This document shows, piece after piece, positions 1-13,472 of a stretch of DNA of 64,000 nt (the stretch's first letter is position 1; each line of letters opens with the position of its first letter). The notes beneath the pieces are model-generated. The model was not told the DNA's origin, did no database searches, and was given only the letters and a program-made list of their open reading frames with translations. Origin of the DNA: Octopus vulgaris (Eukaryota); NCBI GenBank assembly GCA_951406725.2, contig OX597833.1:13144001-13208000 (forward strand), in the 5' to 3' direction. The position numbers and the translations under genes are program-made.

Positions 1-1277
1 GATGATGATGCTGATGCTGATGATGATGTTGAGGATGATGATGATGGTGATGATGATGGTGATGATGATGATGATGTTGAGGATGATGTTGAGGATGATG
101 ATGATGGTGATGATGATGGTGATGATGATGATGATGTTGAGGATGATGTTGAGGATGATGATGATGGTGATGATGATGGTGATGATGATGCTGATGCTGA
201 TGATGATGTTGAGGATGATGATGATGGTGATGATGATGCTGATGCTGATGATGATGTTGAGGATGATGATGATGGTGATGATGATGGTGATGATGATGCT
301 GATGCTGATGATGATGTTGAGGATGATGATGATGGTGATGATGATGGTAATGATGATGATGATGGTGATGATGATGTTGAGGATGATGATGATGGTGATG
401 ATGATGGTGATGATGATGATGATGGTGATGATGATGTTGAGGATGATGATGATGGTGATGATGATGGTGATGATGATGATGCTGATGATGATGTTGAGGA
501 TGATGATGATGGTGATGATGATGTTGAGGATGATGATGATGGTGATGATGATGTTGAGGATGATGATGATGGTGATGATGATGGTGATGATGATGATGAT
601 GGTGATGATGATGGTGATGATGATGATGCTGATGATGATGTTGATGATGATGATGATGGTGATGATGATGTTGAGGATGATGATGATGGTGATGATGATG
701 TTGAGGATGATGATGATGGTGATGATGATGTTGAGGATGATGATGATGCTGATGATGATGTTGAGGATGATGATGATGCTGATGATGATGTTGAGGATGA
801 TGATGATGGTGATGATGATGGTGATGATGATGATGCTGATGATGATGTTGAGGATGATGATGATGGTGATGATGATGTTGAGGATGATGATGATGGTGAT
901 GATGATGGTGATGATGATGATGCTGATGATGATGTTGAGGATGATGATGCTGATGATGATGTTGAGGATGATGATGATGGTGATGATGATGGTGATGATG
1001 ATGATGCTGATGATGATGTTGAGGATGATGATGATGGTGATGATGATGGTGATGATGATGATGCTGATGATGATGTTGAGGATGATGATGATGGTGATGA
1101 TGATGGTGATGATGATGATGCTGATGATGATGTTGAGGATGATGATGATGGTGATGATGTTGAGGATGATGATGATGATAATGATGATAATGATGATAAT
1201 GATAATGATGGTGATGATGATGCTGATGCTGATGCTGATGATGATGTTGAGGATGATGATGATGGTGATGATGATGG

Positions 1278-1308
<31 letters not shown>

Positions 1309-1435
1309 AATGATGATAATGATAATGATGGTGATGCTGATGCTGATGATGATGTTGAGGATGATGATGATGGTGATGATGATGGTGATGATGATGCTGA
1401 TGCTGATGATGATGTTGAGGATGATGAAGATGTTG
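1..1435. repeat. Degenerate (GAT)n array with higher-order units (GTT-GAG, GGT, GCT interruptions)
   Basis: Direct reading; the poly-Met/poly-Asp ORFs are by-products. Confidence 0.97.
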
Positions 1436-1781
1436 AATGTGGCACAATTAATTGTTCCTTGGTAGCCATGTGTTGAGAGGAATTCTTTGGAGTTTGGATG
1501 ATTCACCTTAGGAAACATGGGTAATTTTGTTCAACATCCTTAAAGAACCCTTATTCAGAGGACCTTTAGAGTGAGATGAGCTACTCAACCTGAGAAAAAT
1601 TCTAACTGGGCCCCATCTGGAAGGTCATGCGCTGTTCATCTTGATGTGAGGTCACCATGTCGTGCACATATGGTTGTGATGCATGTGCCTGGTGTACCCT
1701 TATCAGACGGGTAGTCATGATGGGTATACTGGGCCTCGTATATTTATTTGTACCGATGGCATACACTGTGTTCTCTCACTC

Positions 1782-1823
<42 letters not shown>
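1436..1823 (+). mobile_element. 3' end/3'UTR of a non-LTR retroelement ending in (AAT)n
   Basis: 1597-1780 recurs at about 31716-31905, again followed by (AAT)n; the start resembles a degenerate 'LG.SH.LR.IL' C-terminus of RLE-type elements. Confidence 0.6.
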
Positions 1824-1827
<4 letters not shown>

Positions 1828-1964
1828 TTGTTTATTGGCCACAAGGGCTAAGAAAAACCAAATAAAACATGTAAGGACAAAATACAGGACGAAAGTGACA
1901 AAAAGGGTTTTGTCCGTTTGTAAGGTCCGTGTAAAAATGCAAGATAACAACGAAAATATAACAA

Positions 1965-2012
<48 letters not shown>

Positions 2013-2049
2013 TTGGTACTGATGCATGGTGGGGATAAGATTAGTTTCG

Positions 2050-2058
2050 ATGTTGATA

Positions 2059-2126
<68 letters not shown>

Positions 2127-2376
2127 AATGATGATGATGATAATGATGATGATAATGATGATAATGGTGATGATGATATTAATGATGATGATGATGTTGA
2201 TAATGATGATAATGATGATGATGGTGATGATGATGATGATGATGATGATGATAATGATGATGATGATGATGATGATATTGATGATAATAATGATGATAAT
2301 GATGATGATGGTGATGATGATATTAATGATGATGATGATGTTGATAATGATGATAATGATGATGATGATGATGATA

Positions 2377-2436
<60 letters not shown>

Positions 2437-2458
2437 AATGATGATGATGATGTTGATA

Positions 2459-2511
<53 letters not shown>

Positions 2512-2512
2512 A

Positions 2513-2550
<38 letters not shown>

Positions 2551-2621
2551 AATGATGATAATGGTGATGATGATATTAATGATGATGATGATGTTGATAA
2601 TGATGATAATGATGATGATGG

Positions 2622-2652
<31 letters not shown>

Positions 2653-2725
2653 AATGATGATGATGATGATGATGATATTGATGATAATAATGATGATAAT
2701 GATGATGATGGTGATGATGATATTA

Positions 2726-2772
<47 letters not shown>

Positions 2773-2788
2773 AATGATGATGATGATA

Positions 2789-2829
<41 letters not shown>

Positions 2830-3045
2830 AATGATGATGATAATGATGATAATGATGATGATGGTGATGATGATATTAATGATGATGATGATGTTGATAA
2901 TGATGATAATGATGATGATGGTGATGATGATGACGACGACGATGATGATAATGGTGGTGATCGTGGTGATTGTGGTGGTAGATGGTCATGAGGATGATGA
3001 TGATGATGGTGGTAGTGATGATGATGATGGTGACGATGACGATGA
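2050..3045. repeat. (GAT)n array with recurring GGT-GAT-GAT-GAT-ATT-AAT blocks
   Basis: Direct reading. Confidence 0.97.
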
Positions 3046-3101
3046 TTAGGAGGAAACATGGGGCTGATGGTTGTTGCCGTGGTTGAAGTGTCTGTGACTG
3101 T

Positions 3102-3106
<5 letters not shown>

Positions 3107-3176
<70 letters not shown>

Positions 3177-3268
3177 ACTGAGTCAGTCAGTGTGTGTGAG
3201 TGAGAGAGAGAGTGAGAAAGAAAGAGAAAGAGAGAGAGTAGAAGAAGAGAGAGAGAGAGAGAGAGAGA

Positions 3269-3317
<49 letters not shown>

Positions 3318-3335
3318 GCAAACAGACAAAGAGAA
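3107..3335. repeat. (GT)n followed by (GA)-rich microsatellites
   Basis: Direct reading. Confidence 0.95.
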
Positions 3336-3509
3336 AGAGGCAGGAAGAAGTCTCGTGTTTACATACATGAGTAATGGAGGCCTGAATCTCGGCTTACTGA
3401 CTGAATAAACGTGATCCAGCATACATCTTTAAGCACACACACACACACAGAGAGGAACATTCATAAATAGACACGTATATATCACACGATACACACACAC
3501 ACACACACG

Positions 3510-3543
<34 letters not shown>

Positions 3544-3729
3544 TCTTCTCAAAGTATATAGTTATTTAATTATTTACATATACATGTACATACACACATA
3601 TATAAGCGAGAGAGAAGGAAGAGAATGAGAGAGAAAGATAGAAGGAGAGAGAGAGGAGTTTATTTGTATGCATAATTGTGTGAATTATGTAAATATGTAA
3701 GAATATGAATGTTTATGTATAGTTCTATA

Positions 3730-3771
<42 letters not shown>

Positions 3772-4156
3772 CATGCATGCACATCTACCTATGTATCATG
3801 TATCTATTTCTATATCACATATAAATATAGATATACATATATACACATGCGTATATGTGTATGTATGTAATACATGTAGATGAATGAAAGTGTGTATCTA
3901 TTTGTATGCTTATATATATATATATATATATATATATGCATATATACATACATACATATATATACGTACATACATATATATATATATATATACGTATATA
4001 TATACATACATACATATATATATACATACATATACATACATACATATATATACATACATACAAATACATACATACATATATATGTATATATGTATGTGTG
4101 AGTGTTTGTGTATGTCTGCGTTTGTGAACGTGTGTATGTGTGACTGCGTGAAAGTA

Positions 4157-4208
<52 letters not shown>

Positions 4209-4628
4209 ATCTCGCATGCGCCCAAGGTAAACACAGCGAGAGAAAACAAAACGTTCCATCTGTAAATATATGAAAGCAGAACAGATGGGCAATATGGAAG
4301 CAATACAATATTTGGAAAACGGAAATGACGTCACAAAGCTTCATATATGATGTCAGTACATACATACATACGTACACTGTTCTGCATACAGCTATCTATA
4401 AATATGTAGATGTGTGTGTATCTCTATGCCTGTATCTGTGTGCTTGTGTGTTTGATATGTTTGCTCTGTCCACCTTGACTCTATGGTAGGATTTACGCCA
4501 GAGCCGGATTACTCAACTGTAAATATCTCCGTATACATCCATGCACTAAAATATATTCTCACATACATACATACATACATACATACATACATACATACAT
4601 ACATACATACATACATACATACATACAT

Positions 4629-4957
4629 AGGAGCACTCCGTCGGTTACGACGACGAGGGTCCCAGCTGATACGATCAACGGAACAGCTTGCTCGTGAAAT
4701 TAACGTGCAAGTGGCTGAGTACTCCACAGACACGCGTACCCTTAACGTAGTACTCAGGGAGATTCAGCGTGACACAGAGTGTGACAAGGCTGGCCCTTTT
4801 CTGAAATATAGGTACTACTCATTTTTGCCAGCTGAGTGGACTGGAGCAACGTGAAATAAAGTGTCTTGCTCAAGGACACAACGCGTGACCGGGAATCGAA
4901 CTCACGAACTTACAATCGTGAGCCGAATGCCCTAACCACTAAGCCACGCGCCTTCAC
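4629..4957 (-). mobile_element. tRNA-derived SINE, family D (own head and body, tail shared with family C)
   Basis: Minus strand: A box TGGCTTAGTGG, B box GTTCGATTCC, body GTGTCCTTGAGCAAGACACTT, tail ...CGTCGTCGTAACCGACGGAGTGC as in family C; lies within (CATA)n. Confidence 0.9.
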
Positions 4958-4989
4958 TACATACATACATACATACATACATACATACA

Positions 4990-5145
4990 CAAACACATTC
5001 TCCCTCTCTCACAAGCGCAATATACATACATACATACATGCATACATAAACACATTCTCCCTCTCTCACAAGCGCAATATACATACATACATGCATACAT
5101 AAACACATTCTCCCTCTCTCACAAGCGCAATATACATACATACAT
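4990..5145. repeat. Three-copy ~50 bp minisatellite (AAACACATTCTCCCTCTCTCACAAGCGCAATATACATAC...)
   Basis: Direct reading. Confidence 0.9.
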
Positions 5146-5242
5146 GCATGCATGCATGCATGCATCCATCCATCCATGCATCCATCCATACATACATACA
5201 TACATACATACATACATACATACATGCATGCATGCATGCATA

Positions 5243-5713
5243 TGATGGAATACCCCCATCAGAACATCGGTTAAATGTAAACATAACAGGCCGGATATTG
5301 TTGTTTGGGCTAGAAGGGCCAAGGTATGTACCATCACAGAGGTCAGCTGCTCTGCAGATATAAATATCCCTTTGAGAATCAAAGAAAAAGAAGATATCTG
5401 TTGACAACTGCTTCGAAACCTCCAGCTTCTATATGTAGACTATGAATTCATATTCATATTAATGATAATTGGAGCATTACTAAATGCTTAGTAAATACTT
5501 GAAGGAGAATCTGGATAAACTGGGATTTTCAGAAAGAGAAATCGACCGGCTGATTGTTATATTACAAGTGCAATCTGTGAGTGGAACAGTAAAAATATGC
5601 AAGACTTTTCTCAAGTTCCAAATGTGAATTTGTCTGTTAACTACATCCCAAAGATGAAGCCTTGTCTCTTTGTGAGAAACCGGTTCCCTCTTCAGTGGAA
5701 GATTTATAATAAT
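5243..5713 (+). mobile_element. R4/Dong-like non-LTR retrotransposon 3' fragment (restriction-like endonuclease + 3'UTR)
   Basis: Translates to NRPDIVVW...EVSCSADINI..., IIGAL, KICKTFLKFQM*; homologous to 27470-27950 (minus). Confidence 0.8.
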
Positions 5714-6053
5714 TACATACATTCATACATACATTTGTAATTACAAAATATGAAACCCTATCGGAATGTACAAACAATGGACAAGAAGCATTTCTACCAT
5801 TTCTACACACCACTTTTCTTGGATAATGGAACTGCAACAATAACATCCAGAAATATATTTTTGCTTTTACATTTATTCTATTTCCCTTTATGCTTCTTAT
5901 TTCCATTCTTTACCAAAATAAGTCCTTATATTGAACTCCACTATTTCCCTCAATTTAACCATCTCACATCGCCTGTAATGAAAGGATATCCCTAATATCC
6001 CAGAAACAGCTGTATTCATAAAATGCCCTGAAAATTACACACAGCCTTGGCTT

Positions 6054-6921
6054 TGTCGTCTCATTTTATTTAATACATACATGGGGAATGCAGGCCTGGA
6101 GGATAGCAGCATTGGAGTGAGGATTGGAGGAATAAATATCAATAACCTTCGCTATGCAGATGATACAACCCTGCTGGCGGAGAGTGGTAAGGATCTGGAG
6201 GATCTTGTCCTGCTGGTCAAGAAAGAGAGTGAGAAATTTGGGCTGTACCTCAATGTTAAGAGCAGCCACAACAAACATCAGCATCAAGATCGATAGTGAA
6301 GAGATCGAAGTGATTGATGATTTCATCTTCCTTGGCTCCAAAATAAATCGAGATGGTGACTGCACTCCAGAAATAAGACAGCGGATGGTACTAGGCAGAG
6401 AGGCAATGGTCAGCATGAGCAGGGTCTGGAAGAGTAGAGACATCAGACTCGCTAACAAACGCAGATTGGTGAATGCAATTGTCTTCCCAATAGCAACATA
6501 TGGATGTGAGACCTGGACACTAAAGAAAGCTGACCAGAAGAGAATTAATGCATTCGAGCTTTGGTGTTGGAGAAGACTTTTACGGATTCCATGGACAGCA
6601 AGGCTCACCAATGGAGAAGTTCTTAAACAGATAAGACCGAAAATGTCGCTAGAAGCTAGGATCACCAAGCATAGATTGGCATATTTCGGTCATATCATGC
6701 GGAGAAAATCCCTGGAGAAGGACATCATGCTCGGAATGGTCAGTGGCAAGAGAGGAAGAGGCCGACCAAGAACCCGCTGGTTTGACACCATCAAGAGTGA
6801 TACCGGAATGGACATAGCCAATCTGAAAGAAGCGGCCCAGGATAGAACTGACTGGAGGACACTGATCCAACGAGTAACCGAGAGTCAACTTCGACTGAGC
6901 GGATAGATGGATTGATGGATC
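6054..6921 (+). mobile_element. RTE-clade LINE, 5'-truncated, frameshifted RT C-terminus
   Basis: INNLRYADDTTL; FIFLGS; YGCETWTL; INAFELWCWRRLLRIPWT; GKRGRGRPRTRW; short (GATG)-type tail. Confidence 0.93.
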
Positions 6922-6923
6922 CA

Positions 6924-6981
<58 letters not shown>

Positions 6982-7462
6982 TACACACAGATACAGACAT
7001 ATATACACGCACACACGCGCGCGCGCACACACACAAGCAAATAGACAGACACATAGCTAGCACACATATCTGTGTATGTGTGTCTGTTTGCATCAAGAAA
7101 TTACAATATTCATAATAAATATGTCTAAATCCACCTGAGCTGTTCTTAATATAATTTCTAATTCTATATTTCCGGGCTATCGACGTCATCTTTAGAATAT
7201 AATATTTACAATATTTATATTTACTCGAAGTTTCATCCGGAAATCTACTTGAGTCTTCATTCATACTTCATATTGTTTTGATGTGTATGTTATATATATA
7301 CGGCCTCACGCGGAATTGGAACAGGATAAAATCTTTCCGTTCTAAGAATAGTCATCCATCCATCTATCCATCCATCCATACGTGTGTCTGTCTATCCCTC
7401 CGTCTATCTATCTATCTATATATGTGTATATATGTACATATATGCATGCATACATATATATG

Positions 7463-7509
<47 letters not shown>

Positions 7510-8002
7510 TATATATACATATATATAAATATACCTGCGTATATATGCATATATACGAACATATGCCTATGTATATACATACATACAAATACATATATAC
7601 ATACATATACACACACACATATATATATACATATATATAGATACATATATATACATATACATACATATATATACATATACATACATACATATATATACAT
7701 ATACATATATATATATATATATACATACATGTATATATTCATATATATAAACATACACACACACATATACATACATAAATACATATATATATTAATTTCT
7801 TTTTAGGAGTGGTGGGTAAAAAGTATAACGCATGCAAGTGTGAGTGCGCATACACATCAATGTATTTACGCATGTATATTATATATGTATACGTATATAC
7901 GTATAGGCGCGGATAAGTGTATACGTGTGGATGTATATGTGTGAGTATATGCGCGTGCCTCTGTATATATGTATGTGTGTGTATATGTACACACACACAT
8001 AT

Positions 8003-8605
8003 ATTTCTTTGCCTACAGAAGGCTAAACATAGAGGGGATAAACAAGGACAGACAAACGGATTTAGTCGATTATATCGACCTCAGTGCATAACTGGTACTT
8101 ATTTAATCGACCCCGGAAGGATGAAAGGCAAAGTCGACCTAGGCGGAATTTGAACTCAGAATGTAGTGCCAGACGAAATACCTATTTCTTTACTACCTAC
8201 AAGACAAGGGGCTAAACACAGAGAGGACAAACAAGGACAGACAAACGGATTAGGTCGATATAATCGACTCCAGTGCATAACTGGTACTTATTTAATCAAC
8301 CCCGGAAGGATAAAAGGCAAAGTCGACCTCGGAGGAATTTGAACTCAGAACGAAGCGGCAGACGAAATACCTATTTCTTTACTACCCACAAGGGACTAAA
8401 CACAGAGAGGACAAACAAGGACAAACATAGGTATTAAGTCGATTATATCGACCCCAGTGCATAACTGGTACTTATTTAATCGACCCCCGAAAAGATGAAA
8501 GGCAAAGTCGACCTCGGCGGAATTTGAACTCAGGACGTAGCGACAGACGAAATACCGCTAAGCATTTCGCCCGGCGTGCTAACGTCTCTGCCAGCTCGCC
8601 GCCTT
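8003..8605 (-). mobile_element. SINE family B, tandem trimer (one full head, then units joined at AAGAAATA|GGTATTTCGTC)
   Basis: Head GGCGGCGAGCTGGCAGA, B-box-like GAGTTCAAATTCC, core GTCGACTTTGCCTTTCATCCTTTCGGGGTCG repeated three times. Confidence 0.92.
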
Positions 8606-9130
8606 CATGGTCCTCTATTAATGTCACGAATCATACAAAATATTTGTGCAATGTTTCTCTCTAATTTTGTGGAGGTTATATACCGCATTGACAAATCCCG
8701 AGGCTACGCTGACCTCGAAGACGCAGCACAATTTTGACATAAGAATTTTGAATGTGTGTGTAAACAACTTTCTTTTATCTGGGATGTTTTGTTAGTGGCA
8801 TCATAGATCTTGTTAATCACAGAATGCTTAAATGTTCAGTTTTATTTCGTATAGTGCAGTGATGCAGTGTGTTCAGCACACAAGAATTTTCTCTGGGGTT
8901 AATATGACTCATGGAAAAGGCAAGCGTCATCCTCAACACCACTCGATAAATCTATGAGACTTATTTTAGGAGAAAAGTTGCGTCCTCAACATCGGGGAGT
9001 ACAGTACATGAGTGAACTGAATTCACGCTTGTCACATGGTATCAGGTTGTAAAGAAAAGAAATGCCCGTCGCATTGTTTGACATGATGACTTGTGATAGT
9101 AATGGACACACACACACACACTTATTTAAT

Positions 9131-9499
9131 GGAATGGAAGCACTCCGTCGGTTACGACGACGAGGGTTCCGGTTGATCCGAATCAACGGAACAGCCTGCT
9201 CGTGAAATTAACGTGTAAGTGGCTGAGCACTCCACAGACACGTGTACCCTTAATGTAGTCACAGAGAGTGACAAGGCCGGCCCTTTGAAATACAGGTACA
9301 ACAGAAACAGGAAGTAAGAGTGAGAGAAAGCTGTGGTGAAAGAGTACAGCAGGGATCACCACCATCCCCTGCCGGAGCCTCGTGGAGCTTTTAGGTGTTT
9401 TCGCTCAATAAACACTCACAACGCCCGGTCTGGGAATCGAAACCGCGATCCTATGACCGCGAGTCCGCTGCCCTAACCACTGGGCCATTGCGCCTCCAC
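9131..9499 (-). mobile_element. tRNA-derived SINE family C with target-site duplication ACTTATTTAAT
   Basis: Head GGAGGCGCAATGGCCCAGTGGTTAGGGCAGCGGACTCGCGG, B box TTTCGATTCCC; TSD at 9120-9130 and 9498-9508. Confidence 0.93.
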
Positions 9500-9774
9500 T
9501 TATTTAATACTTGCTGCAAAATAAGCATTTTTTTTAAAATGCATCTTGACATACATCCCGACGTCTTTCCGACCTTATAATATTTCATTGTCCTATGTAC
9601 GCCATGTTATTTAATAGACCGATGTAAGTATTTCGCCGTCTCATGAGGATCAACCAAGGAAGCCGAATCCAAAAAGGATCTGAAAGAATCTGTAGGAAAA
9701 CCCAAAACTAAACACCGTAAGGAGTCAAGTTCGGCGCATTGCGAAGCGTGACTTCTCAGCCATTCTTGTGCACA

Positions 9775-9955
9775 CTTTTAATATAGCTCCAGTTCACTCG
9801 TTCACCGAGATCCCCTATCAAGATACTGCTTTTCCTAATTGTTTTGTTTTTCCCCCCTTTTCTTCTTACCTATGTATACGCATTTCAAAAAGGGTGTGTT
9901 TATATATTTCTGAAGAGGGTGTGTGGTGGCGCTCAACCTGTATTTGAAACAGCTT
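9775..9955 (+). repeat. Interspersed repeat with a degenerate hammerhead-like motif; inverted copy at about 11880-12050
   Basis: CTGAAGAGGGTGTG...GAAACAGCT; aligns by eye with the reverse complement of 11880-12050. Confidence 0.65.
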
Positions 9956-10545
9956 TATGTAGGTTCCTCTGTCATTCACAGTTGAGTCACCAGCGTTGAA
10001 ACAAAAACATGTGTTGACGTTTGCTATGATAACCTAAATATCGAGGCCCTACACAACACCAGATATGCAAATATCACCCGTAGATTGCTACTTACTGATA
10101 CGGGGGCATATTATGCTGTATGCACTGATGTATATACACGCCGTTCCGTACGTAAATACATACATATATACATACATACATATATATATATATGTATATA
10201 TGCACGTACGTACATGCGTACATACGCACGTACATACACATGTATACATACACATGTATACATACGCACATATGTACATACATGTGCACCATACAAATGC
10301 ATATATGCAGGCATACACACGCATATACATACGTACATAATACAGGAATACACACAGACACAGATTCACACACATGTATATACACACACATATATATATA
10401 GCCATTTATATGTATATATTTATATTTATGCGTAAACTCGTACACTGCATATTCGTATTCAAACGCTGTTTACACACAAGCAAATATATGTGCACGAGGG
10501 CGTGTGTATGTTGTGTGTGTATAAGCTCCCATGTTCTTTACGTTT

Positions 10546-10598
<53 letters not shown>

Positions 10599-10699
10599 GG
10601 GGGTTGAATGGTTAAACGATACGTGGATGACGAAATCTTAGCAAGTACAAAACAGCCAACAATTAATTCCGCCATTTTCTGTCTCGCCCATTATAATGA

Positions 10700-11030
10700 T
10701 TGCAGACGTCTTGCAGTGTTCAACTTAATGTCCTTGTATATGTTAGTGGAACATCCCTGAGGCTAATGAAGAAGTTTACGTATCCCGGGACCGTATTTCC
10801 AAATGATGGAAAGCAGGAGGCTGAACTGAAAGCAAGAATTGCCGGTGCTAGTAGACTAATGAACCAGCATCAGAATTCAAATCCCCAAACTTGCTCCCTT
10901 TAGTTCAGTTTTAGTGTCCATCCTCAGTGATGGTCATCGATGTTAGGTACTGACCGAAAGAGTACGATCGCAAATACAAGTGGCCGAAACGGGATTCCTC
11001 CGAATGGTCCATGGTATAACGTTGCTGTAT
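10700..11030 (+). mobile_element. Degraded RTE-like LINE fragment
   Basis: KFTYPGTVFPNDGKQEAELKARIAGAS resembles the RTE post-RT region. Confidence 0.55.
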
Positions 11031-11046
11031 AATGTCCAAGGTATAA

Positions 11047-11243
11047 GGCGGTGAGCTGGCAGAAACGTCTGTCGCAAACGTTGTGAGTTCAAATTCCGCC
11101 AAGACCGACTTTGCCTTTCATCCTTTCAGGGTCGATAAATTAAGTACCAGTTACGCTCTGGAGTCGATGTAATCGACTTAATACCTATGTCTGTCCTTGT
11201 TTGTCCCCTCTATGTTTAGCCCCTTGTGGGTAATAAAGAAATA
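11047..11243 (+). mobile_element. SINE family B
   Basis: Family B head, core and tail; flanking duplication GGTATAACGTTGCT at 11013-11026 and 11244-11257. Confidence 0.9.
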
Positions 11244-11455
11244 GGTATAACGTTGCTCCATAGGGGGAATATTGAAATGTCTCTATCACTTCTCCTCCAT
11301 TGGGTTGGGTAGCCTTGGATCTCAGAACACACAGGTCTTTGATTCAATAAAAACTGATTTGCGTTTAAATTATCTTTTGTATTATACGTTGAACGTAGAA
11401 TTGAGCTACTATTGAAACGCTCTACTGCATGTTGGCCTTAGAGTTGAGCTTGAAA

Positions 11456-11853
11456 TCTTTATATATAAAAGAGAGGTTGTGTGCTGTCTGTCTCCTACGA
11501 TTTAGATTCCTAACTACTCCCAGATTTTGCGGTGCAGTTTAACCAAAACCGGGTATCTTATAGTCGTGATTCATATCGAGCCCTTCTGGGTATTAGCGCG
11601 CGTCTACGATGAGTCTACGATTTAAAAAAAAATTTACCATAAATTTTTCACATTTTTAATGCATTTTTGGCATATATAAGGGAAGTAACTCTCTAAAAAT
11701 TTATTATTAAATCTCAGAACGTAAAAAGCTACAGTAACACCCTCCCCCCTTGTGATTAGCCATATTGAGATGGCTATTATACTTTACATCTTTAAAAATG
11801 CTTATATAGTTATTTCCCTTACAAACCCGAGCAACGCCGGGCGATACTGCTAG
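11456..11853 (+). mobile_element. Non-autonomous Helitron
   Basis: 5' TC(TTTATATATAAA), subterminal hairpin CCCGAGCAACGCCGGG, 3' CTAG, inserted between A and T with no TSD. Confidence 0.85.
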
Positions 11854-12154
11854 TTAAATATATTATACGTCGAAATTAGAGCTGACTTTAAATAGATGAT
11901 TGAATGCTACTACACACCCACTTCAGAAATAGATTAACACACCCTTCGAAATACGTATAGGTAAGAAGAGGAGGGGAAAACAAAACAATTATAAAATGAA
12001 ATATCTCGATAGGGAGTCTCGGTGAACGAGTAAGTTAGGATTATATTAAGCCGAGTCGGACCTCTTACGGCGTTTATTTTTGTATCTGTATAATAGTCGC
12101 TTAAATTTATCTGATCTGCTCTTTTGGTGATCATACACTTGACCCTAAACATTA

Positions 12155-12850
12155 TACGAGGTTGTATCAAAACGTCCCCGGAATGGTTTTGTGGTGCGCC
12201 AACAGATTGCAGCACACGGTTGCGTGCGCAGTGAGAGCTAGCAGTGGCCTTCATTAGGCAGCGTGCCGAGTGATATCGCTGTGTTTAATTCGTTGTGAAA
12301 TTTGTATTTTAGAGGTCACGTGTATGCAGCAGTCTGCGATTTTGTCATGGTCAAGAACAAAGAGCCAACGTGAAATTTTGCGTTAAACTTGGGAAGTCTG
12401 TTACAGAGACATTGAGCATGGTTTGGTAAGCTTACAGCGACGAGGCAAATGAGTCGTACGCAATGTTGCGCGCGGTAAAGGCACTTCAAAAGCAGAAGAA
12501 CGTCCTTTGAAGACGATGAGCGATCTGGAGGACCTGCCACGAGCGTCAACCCCCTCGGAAATGTGAAATTGTGCATCGAGAATTCGACCCCAGGGCCAGA
12601 CCGGCAATCGAGAGTTCTACTGCAGCGTTTTGAGGCGTTTAAGGCAGAACATTCGGCAAAAGCGACCGAATCTGTGGAGTGCGAAGAACTGGATTCTTCA
12701 CCGAGCTTTCGTCAATCGCTTGTTTCTGGCCAAAAACATGGGATCGCTTCTGAACCCGTACTATTCACCAGCTTTAGTACCTGCGGACTTCCATCTCTTC
12801 TCCAAGATGAAAATGCAGCAAAAAGGTTGGCCATTTAACACAATTGTAAC
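12155..12850 (+). mobile_element. Mariner (Tc1/mariner) relic, internally deleted
   Basis: TIR-like TACGAGGTTGTATCAAAAC; KFCVKLGKSVTETL..., FEDDERSG, YSPALVPADFHLFSKMK (YSPDLAP-like). Confidence 0.85.
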
Positions 12851-12875
12851 TGGTCATTGACTCATATTGTTTTAT

Positions 12876-13188
12876 TCTTTTACTTGTTTCAATTATTTCA
12901 CTGCGGGCCATGCTGGAGCACCACTTTTGGTCGAGCAACTCGACACCAGGATTTATTCTTTGTAAGCCTAGTACTTATCCTATCGATCTATTTTGCCGAT
13001 CCACTAATTTACGGGGACGTAAACATACCAACACCGGTTGTCAACCAATGGTGGGAGGGACAAAGACAGACAGACAGACACAAACACACACACTCACGTA
13101 TATATATAAACGACAAGCTTGTTTCAGTTTCCGTTTACCAAATCCACTCACAAGGCTTTAGTTGACCCCAGGCTATTGTAGAAGACAA
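12876..13188 (-). mobile_element. SINE family A, 5'-truncated
   Basis: Matches family A body and tail. Confidence 0.85.
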
Positions 13189-13189
13189 T

Positions 13190-13472
13190 CGTGATGTTGT
13201 GAGTTCGATTCCCGGACCGGGCCGAGTTGTGTTCTTGAGCAAGATACTATTTCGTGTTGCTCCACTTCACTCAGTAGTAGAAATGAGTTGTGACATCACT
13301 GGCACCAATCTGTATCGGCCCCTTTGCCTTTCCCTCGGTGAACATCTGTGGTGTGGAGAGGGGACACTGGTAAGTATTGGCGACTGCTGATCTTCCACAA
13401 ACAAACTTGTCTGGACTTGTGCCTCGGAGGGGAACTTTCTAGGTGCAATCCCATGTTCATTCGTGACCGAAA
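13190..13472 (+). mobile_element. SINE with family D-like B box and body but a different tail
   Basis: GTGAGTTCGATTCCCGG...GTTCTTGAGCAAGATACT...TGCTCCACTTCACTCAG, as in 4629-4957. Confidence 0.7.

Noticed and set aside
2-3059. Long poly-Met, poly-Asp and poly-Ser/Ile ORFs
   Set aside because: These are trinucleotide repeats that lack stops in several frames; there is no splice or compositional evidence for a gene
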